A stretch of 64,000 nt of DNA, taken from the IMG/VR virus record IMGVR_UViG_3300025098_000028. One strand, written 5' to 3'. The translations under genes were made by a program, and so were the position numbers. This DNA is from an uncultured virus (IMG/VR IMGVR_UViG_3300025098_000028). Taxonomy: Duplodnaviria; Heunggongvirae; Uroviricota; Caudoviricetes. Positions 11,149-21,243 of the stretch are shown one piece after another (within the stretch, counting starts at the first letter, position 1; the number at the start of each line of letters is the position of its first letter). A model generated the notes under the pieces. The model was not told the DNA's origin and did no database searches. It worked only from the letters and a program-made list of their open reading frames with translations.

Positions 11149-11507
11149 TGGTCATCCCCCTCAAATGCTGTAAAAGGATTAGGTAGGATTTCTTTAATTT
11201 GATTACCCACATAAGGAGTTAATCGGAGAATATCAATAGCAGATAGGTGTGGTTCTGTTTTAACCACAAAATTTTCTACCATGAATTTAAACATGGCATT
11301 TAAATCAATATCCATATCTTGTTTTTTAGCATCAATTTTCATCATGCTATTCATGGCTTTATCTACCTCAAGCCAAGTGGGTTCTTTAGTCCACACTTTG
11401 AGGTATTCTTCGCTTTCGGGTGCTACTCTAATATAATGTAGCGTAGGCTCGGTTAGTGCAAAAAGCACATTCTTATCACTTACAATTTTCTTGTCCATAT
11501 TATCCAC
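11133..11507 (-). CDS. Tail assembly chaperone (gpG-like)
   Basis: Small acidic protein between tail tube and tape measure genes, with an in-frame slippery heptamer just before its stop. Confidence 0.75.
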   Translation of the reverse strand: MDNMDKKIVSDKNVLFALTEPTLHYIRVAPESEEYLKVWTKEPTWLEVDKAMNSMMKIDAKKQDMDIDLNAMFKFMVENFVVKTEPHLSAIDILRLTPYVGNQIKEILPNPFTAFEGDDQKNDE

Positions 11508-11664
11508 CTATAAAACCAACAAACAAACAAACGGTGTTGGTGGAGTATTATTTTTTAGCGTTCTTTTTTGGGCGACCTCGCTTTTTAGTAGGTTTAACTT
11601 CTTTAGATTTAACTTCTATTTCTCGAAGTCTACGCATTTCATGTCTACTTGGCATCTACTCACC

Positions 11665-13836
11665 TCAAATTTTCCAATGAGTAATTACTTCACAAGTCGT
11701 CATAGTTCTAGGTAAAACCGTTGCTTCTACGACGATTGCTCCTTTATCATCGGGTATTGGGAAGTTGTTTGCACTTAGCATATAATCTTCGAACTTAAGA
11801 GTTATTTTCTCATCATTTGATTTTTCAAATACTAAGGTTATTTCTGTTCCCGAACCAGTTTGTTCAGTTCTGTTTAGTAGTTCTTGATAGAGTCTATCAT
11901 CAGTAACATGACCTGTAAATTGTATTTCGTATGTTCTTTCAGCAGGTATTGCTTCTTGTATGGAAGTATTGCCGACTCCCAAGAATCTTCTATCCTGTAG
12001 ATTATTATTCATAGTCAAAGTTAAAGTATTTATCTTTAAGAAGGTATGATTAAATACACTAAACACTCCATCGGAAAAGAAAAATGGCTCTCTAAATTCT
12101 GCAATAGAAGAATAGTTATACAAATTAGTATCATCCTCTATGCCCCTTCTTCCATCATATGCTTCATTAGTTTCTAGTGCGTGAACTGCTCTTGTATTTA
12201 CATCAACGGTCATCTTTACTTCTTCATTCTCATTAGCAGTAAGAGATAGTGTATTTACACGACATCCTCTAGCGATTTTAACAAAGTTCATAGATTCTAA
12301 AGTTTCGGTAGAGTCTGTTCTAAACTTATCTGTTCCCTCTAATTTACTTAGAGTTTGTTCCATAGCAAAAGAAGGAAGATTATCTCCATTTTCCTCCGCT
12401 ATAGTATAAGTTATTCCTTTAGTCATGGTAGTAGTTCCTGTTGGTGGGTCTAATTCTTTTAGCGTAGTATGCGCTTGTAAATGGTCGGGATTTGGTGGAC
12501 AAAGAGTTGTTCCTACAGTTCTATGGAAAAATGGCCCCGTAGAAGAAATATTAGATGTTTTAACATATACTTTATCTTCTGTTCCTATATAGTCGCTACT
12601 AGGAGTTCCTGCTAGAGTTGTAGCACTAATACTTGTCATAGCACCAAAGAAATAATATAACCATGTTCCTTGATTTGCTACTATTCCTAAATTACCACCA
12701 CTAGCAGTTTCAATTCCTTTGTATTGGTAGGTTTTATTTCTTGATGTTCCTAATGATAGATTTACTTGTTTAGTTTCTATTTCTGTAGTTGGGAAAGTTA
12801 CGCTTTCTACTATTCCTAACCATCCATCGGATAGAAGTCTTTTAGCAGAAGTTGTGGTGGTAGCGGCTAAAGCCAATATTCCGTTTGTTCCTCCATTAGA
12901 AGTAATAGTCAAATTACCACTTCCACTAACAGAAGAACCTGCATTTGTTACTGTAACAGCAGTAATAATTCCTCCTTGAACTCCTCCTGCGTTTCCAATT
13001 GTAGTAGCACTAGTTGTAGTTTCTGTAATATGTGTTCCTACATATCCACCAGTATTATTAGTAATAGTTAATTCAGCACCGCTTCTTGTAACAGTTACAT
13101 CTTTTCCTGCTAATGCCGTTAATACGGACTGTGCGATTTCAGCACCAGTAGCACTATCAGCAATAGCGACGGTTACTGAATCATTAGCCGATGCTGATGG
13201 TGCGGAGGCTCCCGCAGTATTAAACAAAACTTGTAATGTAGTAATTCCATTTGTTCCCGAAGCGGAAGCAAGATTAATTGTTAAAAGTCCACTATCATAA
13301 TTTGTTCCGCTTTCAGCAGGAAAAGTAACAGTAGAAATTTCTGCGCTTAAAGTAAGGACTAATTCTGCGCCTGTAGTAGTTAAACCCGAAACACCAGTGA
13401 TTGCGGCATTACCTATAATGGATTCATCAGCCTCAATTTGAGTTCCTCCATTAGTTATGGCCGGTTGAGCCAAAACCGATGTTGCTCCCGTTACTTTCTT
13501 AGCAGGAACAGGTGCGCCATATCCCTTAATTACGAAAAAATCACCATCATCAGGAGTTGCGGCAGGAGTAAAAGTTATTGTGTCTGCTGTATTAGCAGTA
13601 ATTCTATGTGTAGTTTGGAGAGTAGTTCCAGTATATCTTTCTAAAAGACAACCGACATATAAATTATTTACTAGAGAATAATGAGTAGAAAAAGTGGTTG
13701 CGGCTTTAATCGTAGTCAATGAAGAATTATCAAATGCCCCACTTGGATTTTTTGTTGATTCGAAATAAATATCAAATTCCGGTATTTTCGTTATGCTTGC
13801 CCCGCTTCCTAGAAATATATCTGTATTAACTGTCAT
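11665..13836 (-). CDS. Major tail tube protein with a large Thr/Gly/Ala-rich insertion
   Basis: C-terminal half has tail-tube motifs (LPSFAME; GCRVNTLSLTA; LTLTMNNNL..RFLG; R.YEIQF); position between neck and chaperone; no sheath gene seen. Confidence 0.75.
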   Translation of the reverse strand: MTVNTDIFLGSGASITKIPEFDIYFESTKNPSGAFDNSSLTTIKAATTFSTHYSLVNNLYVGCLLERYTGTTLQTTHRITANTADTITFTPAATPDDGDFFVIKGYGAPVPAKKVTGATSVLAQPAITNGGTQIEADESIIGNAAITGVSGLTTTGAELVLTLSAEISTVTFPAESGTNYDSGLLTINLASASGTNGITTLQVLFNTAGASAPSASANDSVTVAIADSATGAEIAQSVLTALAGKDVTVTRSGAELTITNNTGGYVGTHITETTTSATTIGNAGGVQGGIITAVTVTNAGSSVSGSGNLTITSNGGTNGILALAATTTTSAKRLLSDGWLGIVESVTFPTTEIETKQVNLSLGTSRNKTYQYKGIETASGGNLGIVANQGTWLYYFFGAMTSISATTLAGTPSSDYIGTEDKVYVKTSNISSTGPFFHRTVGTTLCPPNPDHLQAHTTLKELDPPTGTTTMTKGITYTIAEENGDNLPSFAMEQTLSKLEGTDKFRTDSTETLESMNFVKIARGCRVNTLSLTANENEEVKMTVDVNTRAVHALETNEAYDGRRGIEDDTNLYNYSSIAEFREPFFFSDGVFSVFNHTFLKINTLTLTMNNNLQDRRFLGVGNTSIQEAIPAERTYEIQFTGHVTDDRLYQELLNRTEQTGSGTEITLVFEKSNDEKITLKFEDYMLSANNFPIPDDKGAIVVEATVLPRTMTTCEVITHWKI

Positions 13837-13864
13837 GCTACTCTCCCCCTTCCTAACTTACTTA

Positions 13865-14377
13865 CTAGGGAATACTTACTGCGAATCTTTTTGCTTCTAA
13901 ACTTATTTTATATCCAAAGAGTCTTTTTGCTCGGTCATTACTTTCACTTCTAGAACCTACAAATAGTTGCTTAAAACTTGAACCATCGCTTGCAGTATAA
14001 CCTCGTCTCTTACTCTCAAGAACCCTAGTTAATATCAAGTATATAGCCCTTAGCCTATTTTTGCCATAAGAAGCGTCTAATCCGGAACGCTCATCGTGTA
14101 AAACTCTAATATGTAATGTAAAAGAATAAGTTTCATTTTTAATATCATAATGTATTGTGGGATATTCTATATTTTGAGAATCTTCGAAAACTACAATTGT
14201 AGCAGGAGTTCTAGACAAATCTACTCTAACTCCTTTATTTGCTGTTGTTGTTCTTACATCAATTACATCGGGAGTGACAGCATTAGAAGCACTAATAGTT
14301 CCATTTGAAACTAATGCTTGTGCATTTGCAGACCAATTAGTATTAATTAAATCTATGATAAGACTGACTTCATCCAT
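13865..14377 (-). CDS. Putative tail terminator / neck protein
   Basis: Size, position just before the tail tube, alpha/beta pattern. Confidence 0.5.
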   Translation of the reverse strand: MDEVSLIIDLINTNWSANAQALVSNGTISASNAVTPDVIDVRTTTANKGVRVDLSRTPATIVVFEDSQNIEYPTIHYDIKNETYSFTLHIRVLHDERSGLDASYGKNRLRAIYLILTRVLESKRRGYTASDGSSFKQLFVGSRSESNDRAKRLFGYKISLEAKRFAVSIP

Positions 14378-14568
14378 GACTCAACCTCCGCATTTATTTG
14401 TTTTTCAATTAATTTAGCATAATCCTCTAATGCAAAATTCATAACTTCTTCATCGCTAAAAGAAATATCTTGTCCTAATGCACTAGAAAGTTCTATCATG
14501 GCTAAATTTCTTTCTTTATGGATATCTAATAACTTTTCAAAAGCCCTCATGTCTATTTTAGTAGCCAT
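14353..14568 (-). CDS. Hypothetical small protein (neck region)
   Basis: ORF tightly coupled to its neighbours; start probably MATKID. Confidence 0.45.
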   Translation of the reverse strand: MATKIDMRAFEKLLDIHKERNLAMIELSSALGQDISFSDEEVMNFALEDYAKLIEKQINAEVESWMKSVLS

Positions 14569-14573
14569 ATAAA

Positions 14574-15887
14574 TCAATCCAAGAAATAAACAATATCAGC
14601 CTTGCCCTTTAGAGTGTCCATGGCTTCCTTTCTTAATATATCATATTTTTCTTTAGTAGTAATATTAGCACCCGTTTCAGCAATAAGAACTGATTGGTCA
14701 TCATTTCTTAATATTTCAGCCGCAGATAATTTTGTAGTTGCCTCATGAATAGCGGAAGGAACTCTAGTATCTCCTGCAACATATGTAACAACTACAGAAT
14801 TATCCATATGATAAGGATAATCTTTTAGGAAAAATATTCTACCTTCTTCGTTAATAGTCCAATAGTCTCCTAATCTTCTCAAATCTTCTTTATCGGTGAA
14901 ATCAGTAATGATGCAAACTGAAGGTATGCTTTGTCCTGTTGCCGTTGTAAAAGTTACAATCTCATTACTTAGTCCGTCATTAGTGATTGCCTTGTCTAAA
15001 ACAATAGTTGTAGGATTTGTTATTGAGGTGATTGAAGTATCACTAGGAATATCAGTTCCCACTACAGACATGCCCACCACTAATTTGCTAGAATCTTGAA
15101 CAGTTAAACTAGTAGATGTATTACTTCCCGAACAAGTCTGTTGGGTGCTTACTTTAATTGTGCATTCCGAACCATCATCCCCCGAAAGTAGGGAGGAAAT
15201 GAGAATGCGCTTGCCATTATCTTTATCTTTAGAGGCATAGAAAAAGTCAGAAATAGTTAAATTATTACTAATTAGGCTTTTTGCCGCAGTTGCACCTGTA
15301 AATGTTGAAGTTGATGGGAATTCGCTGTTAATTAAAGCAGTTATGTCATTATTAGTGGTTTTTATTCCAAAAGTATTTGAAAACTCATCATTTCCTAAAT
15401 TGCTTATATTATTTTCAGCGAGTAATGTAAATGACACTCCGCTATTTGGTAATTGTAATATAATAGAATGTATATCTCTAAAATTATCTAATAATTGTAT
15501 TTTAGCCTGTGCAGATGCTATCTCTACATATTGCGTTCCTTGCCATACTAATAAAGAAACTATTTTACGAACTTTCATTTGTTTTAGTTGAATAAATCCA
15601 ACATGGCCACCATAATAAGAACGATGTGGCGGTCTTGAAAATTCAAAGTTGTGGTATTCGTCTTTTGTTACTATTGGTCGAAAAGACCTTTTTATTTTAT
15701 CATCAACTATCCCTTCTATTCTTTTTATTATTGCACCTACTTGTGCTAATGTTGGAAAAGTAGTATTTGTAAATGCAGGAACTTGTAAAATATTAGCCAC
15801 TTCAGTAGCATTAGTGTAAAAACCTCTCCCTTGACTATAATCAGGATTTATTTCCGTAAAATCGCTAGGGGAGAAGGTGGTTCCCAT
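14574..15887 (-). CDS. Head-tail connector / adaptor protein with insertions
   Basis: N-terminal YTNATEVANIL helix and C-terminal GRIFF..VVVTYVAG..VPSAIHEAT motif typical of gp6-like connectors. Confidence 0.7.
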   Translation of the reverse strand: MGTTFSPSDFTEINPDYSQGRGFYTNATEVANILQVPAFTNTTFPTLAQVGAIIKRIEGIVDDKIKRSFRPIVTKDEYHNFEFSRPPHRSYYGGHVGFIQLKQMKVRKIVSLLVWQGTQYVEIASAQAKIQLLDNFRDIHSIILQLPNSGVSFTLLAENNISNLGNDEFSNTFGIKTTNNDITALINSEFPSTSTFTGATAAKSLISNNLTISDFFYASKDKDNGKRILISSLLSGDDGSECTIKVSTQQTCSGSNTSTSLTVQDSSKLVVGMSVVGTDIPSDTSITSITNPTTIVLDKAITNDGLSNEIVTFTTATGQSIPSVCIITDFTDKEDLRRLGDYWTINEEGRIFFLKDYPYHMDNSVVVTYVAGDTRVPSAIHEATTKLSAAEILRNDDQSVLIAETGANITTKEKYDILRKEAMDTLKGKADIVYFLD

Positions 15888-17944
15888 TATGACTCCACCT
15901 CTTCTGTTACATCTCCGAATTTTCTTTCTATGGTTCTAATTTTAGTTTTCAAATCATTTACTCGGCTAGCCATTGGTCTATTAGCACTTTCTCTACCTGC
16001 GGGTTTAAGATTGAATTTGCCTTCTTGTCTTACATAGAAATCTAAAGCAAGCAAGAAAGGTATCTTTTTACTAAGAAACCCCTCTCCTGTAATCATTTCG
16101 CTTAATTTTAAATCACCAATAGCGTAAGTCTTTTTTCCTACAAAATTTACAGAAGATTTAACATTTTCAATTCCTGCACCAGTTTGCATAGTTAGATTGG
16201 GAGCATATTTTTCTTTATCATCTAATGATAGTTTAGCATATTCATCAAAAGATATAAACTGTTCAGCAGTTTTTCTAGTTCTATTAAAGAGTTCTTTAAA
16301 TTCTTCTAATTCCTCAATGTCTAATAACCTCATAACTTCGTCGGCTTTTTCTTCCATATCTTGAATATTTTGTAAAACCTTCTCATATGTAGCATTGTCA
16401 ATAGTTTCGTCTTTTACTAATTGAATATCTCCTATCTTTACTGATTTACCAGTATATTTCCAAGAGAGTTTTTTCTTATCCTTTGTTTTTAGATTTTCTT
16501 TTAATACGAATGCTTTTTTTCCTAATTCATCCAATTTTTCCTTTCTTGCTTTTGCATCAATTTCGTTTAAATTTGTAAGTTTTACTTTACCTTTATCATC
16601 AAGATTATCTCTAGAACCAATAGTAAAGCCCTCTAATTCTGCATCATCTTGCACTAGACTTTCTTTAAATTGGTCAAATGTTGCCTCGGCTCTTTCACTT
16701 TTACTAAACTTGCCGCAAATAATAGGAACCATTATATCAGTAGCAGATTCTAAATAAGGTCTAAATATTTCTTGTATTTGTGCGTTGTTCTCCTCTATTA
16801 ATTTTGGAATATCTGTATCGTTTGTAAATTCAACAAATGCTTGTTTTAGTCTATATTGTGAACTAGAAGGGGCTTTAAAACCGTATAGTCCTTTTTTCCC
16901 GTCTACTTCTAATTCAAAATATTCTGCTTTACTTTCTATTGTAGCATTATATTGTTCGTGAGTAGGTTGTCCTTTTGCTTTCTCCCTAAAACCCAATGTT
17001 CCTTCTCTTACTATTTCATAGTTTACCATAGTTTTAGGTTCACTACTTCCTTCTCTATAAGTGGGATTAGGTATTCTAGTTTTCTTATATTCATACCATT
17101 CTATTGGTCTTTCTGCGGCTTGTTCAGTTACCTTCTTAATTACCTTATCACTAAATCTAACTTCGGTATTAAATACATCACTACCTATTTTGAATGTCTG
17201 TGTTTTACTTCTTTCCGGTATTGGGTTTTGTCCAGTTATCTCTCTTATATGATTTGTTTTAAGTTCTTCTAAGTCAGTAGATTTTATGTTCCCGTAGGTC
17301 ATTTTAAAGTGATAGTTTTTTCCGTCCTGCTTAACATCCCCTTCGGGCATAAAAGAAAAAACTCCTGTTCCGCTACCTGTTTCTATATTTTCTTTTTCCC
17401 TTAAAATCATATCTTCTTGAATGGGAACATCGTTGTTTTTTTGAGTCCTTATGAAAGTTCTAAAATCAAAAGGAGGTAAATTCAATTTTTGGGTTCCTCT
17501 TTCAGCGAACTTTAATGCGCCTACACCGGAGAGTTTTTCTCTAACATCTCCGTCTTTGACCTCTTTTAGTTTTAAATTTTCTGCGTATCTAACATTGAAA
17601 GTATTTTCTGCACTACCTTCTTTTCCAGTTTTCATTCTACTAAATCTAGTCCAACCGTAACCGTCATTGTTAATATAAGAAATAAGGGGTTCTTCTTTAA
17701 AAAAATCTTTAATTATTTTAACGAACTCTTTTTCTACTAATTCTTTTCTTTCTTCCTTTTCATCTTCGCTTAGTTGGGTATCGGCCTCTATAGCCTTGAT
17801 AGTTTTATTATATTCTCTAAGTAAGTCTTTTGTTTTTTTAGGTCTGCCTTTAGCATCCATATGTCCTTTTAATGTATTTATAATATCATTTCTACCCATA
17901 TCTTTAGATATATCAATATCTGACCCCTTCCAACTTATAATCAT
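15887..17944 (-). CDS. Hypothetical Lys/Glu-rich protein, 685 aa
   Basis: Long ORF in the late operon; no motif recognised. Confidence 0.6.
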   Translation of the reverse strand: MIISWKGSDIDISKDMGRNDIINTLKGHMDAKGRPKKTKDLLREYNKTIKAIEADTQLSEDEKEERKELVEKEFVKIIKDFFKEEPLISYINNDGYGWTRFSRMKTGKEGSAENTFNVRYAENLKLKEVKDGDVREKLSGVGALKFAERGTQKLNLPPFDFRTFIRTQKNNDVPIQEDMILREKENIETGSGTGVFSFMPEGDVKQDGKNYHFKMTYGNIKSTDLEELKTNHIREITGQNPIPERSKTQTFKIGSDVFNTEVRFSDKVIKKVTEQAAERPIEWYEYKKTRIPNPTYREGSSEPKTMVNYEIVREGTLGFREKAKGQPTHEQYNATIESKAEYFELEVDGKKGLYGFKAPSSSQYRLKQAFVEFTNDTDIPKLIEENNAQIQEIFRPYLESATDIMVPIICGKFSKSERAEATFDQFKESLVQDDAELEGFTIGSRDNLDDKGKVKLTNLNEIDAKARKEKLDELGKKAFVLKENLKTKDKKKLSWKYTGKSVKIGDIQLVKDETIDNATYEKVLQNIQDMEEKADEVMRLLDIEELEEFKELFNRTRKTAEQFISFDEYAKLSLDDKEKYAPNLTMQTGAGIENVKSSVNFVGKKTYAIGDLKLSEMITGEGFLSKKIPFLLALDFYVRQEGKFNLKPAGRESANRPMASRVNDLKTKIRTIERKFGDVTEEVES

Positions 17945-17954
17945 GGAAAACGCC

Positions 17955-18605
17955 TCACATTAACCATTTAGCCCAAGCCGCACCTTTTTGTATTGCTGAG
18001 CCTAATCCTAAACCGCTTTGTGGGGGTTCGTAAGACATTTGACCTTGAGCATCTACCCAATATGGCCTACCATATCCATCTGTTCCGCTAGGAGGAATAG
18101 GATAACCAGTACCATTATTCATGGCACTATTCATTTGATTAAATTGTTGAGTATTTCCAGTTACATTTGCTAATGCCATTCCTGCTGATGGTTGTTGTCC
18201 GATTCCACCACCAAATCCTTGTGATTCTAAATATTGCTGTTTTGCCATTTTTCTTTGATTAATTACTTCGCTGTTGATAGCAGAACTTAATAATTTTTGA
18301 ATATCTAAATCTATATTTTCTTGAGTAATTCTTTCGTATTCTCTAAGACAATCGGGGTTCACCGTTATTTTAGTTCCATCAGTGGAAAAAGATAGTTTAG
18401 ATAACATTTGTGAAACTACTCTTTCTGTTACATCTTCCATTAATTTTTCAAGAGCCGTTAAGAAATGCTCACCATGATATTGAAAGAACTCTTCAACATG
18501 GTTATCTTGTAAAGATAGTAAGTTATTTACATTCTTGAATTGTTGGTCGCTTTGCTGTTGTACAGAAGCCAACACCGTTCCATTACTTGTTCCTAGTATT
18601 CCCAT
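17955..18605 (-). CDS. Hypothetical protein with Gln/Gly-rich tail and amphipathic C-terminus
   Basis: Coupled ORF ending GLGLGSAIQKGAAWAKWLM. Confidence 0.6.
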   Translation of the reverse strand: MGILGTSNGTVLASVQQQSDQQFKNVNNLLSLQDNHVEEFFQYHGEHFLTALEKLMEDVTERVVSQMLSKLSFSTDGTKITVNPDCLREYERITQENIDLDIQKLLSSAINSEVINQRKMAKQQYLESQGFGGGIGQQPSAGMALANVTGNTQQFNQMNSAMNNGTGYPIPPSGTDGYGRPYWVDAQGQMSYEPPQSGLGLGSAIQKGAAWAKWLM

Positions 18606-18607
18606 AT

Positions 18608-19267
18608 TTATTCCTCCGTTTCTTCTTCCGGAACCTTAATTTGATTGTTTAACAGTAAATGGTTTATTCTATCTGTCATGATATTGACTTCCGTTACCAA
18701 TCTAATTACTTCCTCCGTAGCGGTCTTGTTATCTGCTAGTGCGGGTGGTTTTATAAACCATCCTGCTGAAGTTAAGGATGCTACATCGTTTTTATTTAAA
18801 GTAGTTAATGGCCCACTTTTTAGAATTTTAGGCATTCTAGGTTTAAATGCCGCAAAGTCTAATCCGTGTTTATCTGCAAGTATTTGCTGTTGTAACATTT
18901 CTAACTGCATATACATAGAAGCGTGTTTTGGACAATAAGTTCCCATTAGAGGTCTACCCTTAGTTACTTTATCTAGAGGTATTGGTGGTCGCATGTAATC
19001 TCCTTGTTGCCAAATATGATGAAAACCGCACACTACACATCTATCCTTTAAGTTAAACTTTTTACCGTATTTTATTCCTAAGAATTTTTTAGGTTCAGAT
19101 TTTAATACTGCTGTTAATTCTGCTAATTGTTTTTTAGGTTTAATTGCCACAAACTTGTATTCAGTTATAGCCCCACTTGCTCTTGCCTGTTGTAGCGGAG
19201 TCCTATTAAAATTACCAAAAGCAGGGTTTGGTGTGTTCTGTCCTATTATATTTGGTTGGTTATACAT
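18608..19267 (-). CDS. Hypothetical protein with putative Zn site
   Basis: CVVCGFHH and YCPKH motifs. Confidence 0.6.
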   Translation of the reverse strand: MYNQPNIIGQNTPNPAFGNFNRTPLQQARASGAITEYKFVAIKPKKQLAELTAVLKSEPKKFLGIKYGKKFNLKDRCVVCGFHHIWQQGDYMRPPIPLDKVTKGRPLMGTYCPKHASMYMQLEMLQQQILADKHGLDFAAFKPRMPKILKSGPLTTLNKNDVASLTSAGWFIKPPALADNKTATEEVIRLVTEVNIMTDRINHLLLNNQIKVPEEETEE

Positions 19268-19277
19268 CTTTAATTCC

Positions 19278-19946
19278 TCAATAATCTTTTATCATTGTTG
19301 TTACACCCCTATATACCATTTCGGGGTCGGATTTCGCTGAAACAATATATTTGAAACAGGGTATTCCCTTCTCATTTAACTGCCTCATTCCATACTTAAA
19401 AGGTTCAAATATTTCATGGTTGTCCATACTAGCCCCTTCTGTTAGTGGGTATTTTTCCGACCATATATCATATTTGTTAGCCCAAATCCCCACAGCCATA
19501 GGATAATCTATTTCTTTTTTCTTTCTTCCTGTAGGCCAAGTATTTGCTACAATAGTGTCTACTAGAAATTTCCATGCTAATTGATGGTCTAAATTAGATG
19601 AAGAGTCTAAGTGTCTATGGTCAATCATAAAAATAATATATTTTACTTTTCTTTTTTGCATATCCTTTACCCATTCTTTCCAGTAAATAGCCTCTCCGCC
19701 TATATCTGCACTTTTTATTGTATGGGAGTTTCCATCAATTTTTATATTTTTTCTGCTCGCTCTATGCAAGCCAACAGTTCTTTTATTCACTTGTGGAACT
19801 TCTCCTCTTGTTCTAAGTTGTTTGCTAAGGGTTGTTTTACCAACCATTGTAGAACCATACACACCAAAGTTAATTGCATGAACTTTTTTGTAAAAGCCTA
19901 TTAATGCTTCACCAACTAATATAGCAAAGCCCGTCATTATAGACAT
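19278..19946 (-). CDS. Small Ras/Arf-like P-loop GTPase
   Basis: G1 GSTMVGKTT, G2 RTVG, G3 DIGGE, G4 NKYD, G5 VSAK; hydrophobic/amphipathic N-terminal helix. Confidence 0.85.
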   Translation of the reverse strand: MSIMTGFAILVGEALIGFYKKVHAINFGVYGSTMVGKTTLSKQLRTRGEVPQVNKRTVGLHRASRKNIKIDGNSHTIKSADIGGEAIYWKEWVKDMQKRKVKYIIFMIDHRHLDSSSNLDHQLAWKFLVDTIVANTWPTGRKKKEIDYPMAVGIWANKYDIWSEKYPLTEGASMDNHEIFEPFKYGMRQLNEKGIPCFKYIVSAKSDPEMVYRGVTTMIKDY

Positions 19947-20165
19947 TTAATGCCCCCAAATATCCTTAGCCCTCTCTATAATCCAACCCATTATATTAAT
20001 GTCAAAGACTCCCATAATATTACCAATTAAAAACATAGCCAAAGTAGAGAATCCTCCCCAAAACCAAGCCTTCATTTTCAAAAAGAAAATATCAGCAGAA
20101 TGCGCTCTAGATTGATTATAAGCATAATCGGAGTCGGAAAAACCCATCAAGTCGCCAAAGACCAT
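19947..20165 (-). CDS. Small membrane protein
   Basis: Hydrophobic segment AWFWGGFSTLAMFLIGNIMGVF; GAGGTGG SD. Confidence 0.65.
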   Translation of the reverse strand: MVFGDLMGFSDSDYAYNQSRAHSADIFFLKMKAWFWGGFSTLAMFLIGNIMGVFDINIMGWIIERAKDIWGH

Positions 20166-20174
20166 TTAACCACC

Positions 20175-20558
20175 TCATTGGAGTGCGGCTAAAAATTCAT
20201 TACCGACGGTATTTTCTTCAGCCGGTTCAGTATTGCTGTAAAAGTTAGTATTGTATTGTCTAGCACTTTCACGCATCTTTTGTCTTTGCTGTTCGTCTCT
20301 AGCCTTTCTTTCCCAATATGCGGATATCTTTCTATCTAGTAGCCACATTTCTATCTTGTCATTTAGTGCTAAATCGAACAATGCTTTCATTACCATTATT
20401 GCTCCTATTGTTCCAAGCCCAAATAGAACTGAATGTGCTAATGGCCCATATGGGAAACCTGTTCCGAATTGAGCATAAGCAAATACATTTGCCCCACTTA
20501 ATGTTCCTACGAACAATATAGTCATAACTAGTCTAGTATCTTGATTTAAAACAGCCAT
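20175..20558 (-). CDS. Two-TM membrane protein (holin-like topology)
   Basis: Start reassigned to MAVLNQD (GAGGT SD); two hydrophobic helices followed by a charged coiled tail. Confidence 0.6.
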   Translation of the reverse strand: MAVLNQDTRLVMTILFVGTLSGANVFAYAQFGTGFPYGPLAHSVLFGLGTIGAIMVMKALFDLALNDKIEMWLLDRKISAYWERKARDEQQRQKMRESARQYNTNFYSNTEPAEENTVGNEFLAALQ

Positions 20559-20568
20559 TTGTAAAACC

Positions 20569-20844
20569 TCAAGCGAATTCAATAGAACATGCAACTTGGC
20601 CGGAAGTTTCTTCAAAGAAAAGCCCTGTGCTACATATTACTCCATGCATATCAAACTCTTTAGTTTCATTGGCAGATAGAACTATTCTAGCAACTTCTTT
20701 GCCACTATTACTAGTTCCATCAAATACCTTTATTGTAGCCGCACTACCACTAACTTCGCAAACATGAATTGAAACCAATTTACATTGACCAGTAAAAACC
20801 AATTTACTTGCTGTTAATACACCGCTACTTCTGCATGAAGCCAT
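20569..20844 (-). CDS. Small beta-rich protein, possibly structural
   Basis: GGGAG SD; beta-sandwich-like pattern; downstream of the capsid genes. Confidence 0.55.
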   Translation of the reverse strand: MASCRSSGVLTASKLVFTGQCKLVSIHVCEVSGSAATIKVFDGTSNSGKEVARIVLSANETKEFDMHGVICSTGLFFEETSGQVACSIEFA

Positions 20845-20898
20845 ACTATCTACTCCCTTGAGACTAACTACAATACCAATACCATTTAAGATTATTGT

Positions 20899-21234
20899 CT
20901 AATCTTCTTTGGTTTTAGTTTCTTTTTGCTTTTTTGCCGCAGGTTTCCTTCCCCTCTTAACAGGTTTAGGAGGCAATAAAAGAGATTCTAGTTCATCATG
21001 AGTGGTTATTGCGGAACCCAATACTCTATTGATAACATCAAATCTTTTTGGGTCTATTTCCGAAAGTGCCTTCCTATCGTCTTCTGTAAAGAGAATCTCT
21101 AGATTAGTGTCTCCTTTCAGCGTTATTGCTGTAAAAGGTTCTACATTATCTAGAGAATCCCTTTTTGTCAAAAGAACCCCACGGACAATTACTGATGGCT
21201 TATTTGCTATAGTTGCCATTTTAATTATTGCCAC
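20899..21234 (-). CDS. Hypothetical protein with basic C-terminal tail
   Basis: GAGGTG SD; PKPVKRGRKPAAKK tail. Confidence 0.55.
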   Translation of the reverse strand: MAIIKMATIANKPSVIVRGVLLTKRDSLDNVEPFTAITLKGDTNLEILFTEDDRKALSEIDPKRFDVINRVLGSAITTHDELESLLLPPKPVKRGRKPAAKKQKETKTKED

Positions 21235-21243
21235 TAGAACACC

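Noticed and set aside
11665..13836. Contractile tail sheath call for the 723-aa protein
   Set aside because: Motifs fit a tail tube with inserted domains; no separate tube or wedge genes were recognised.
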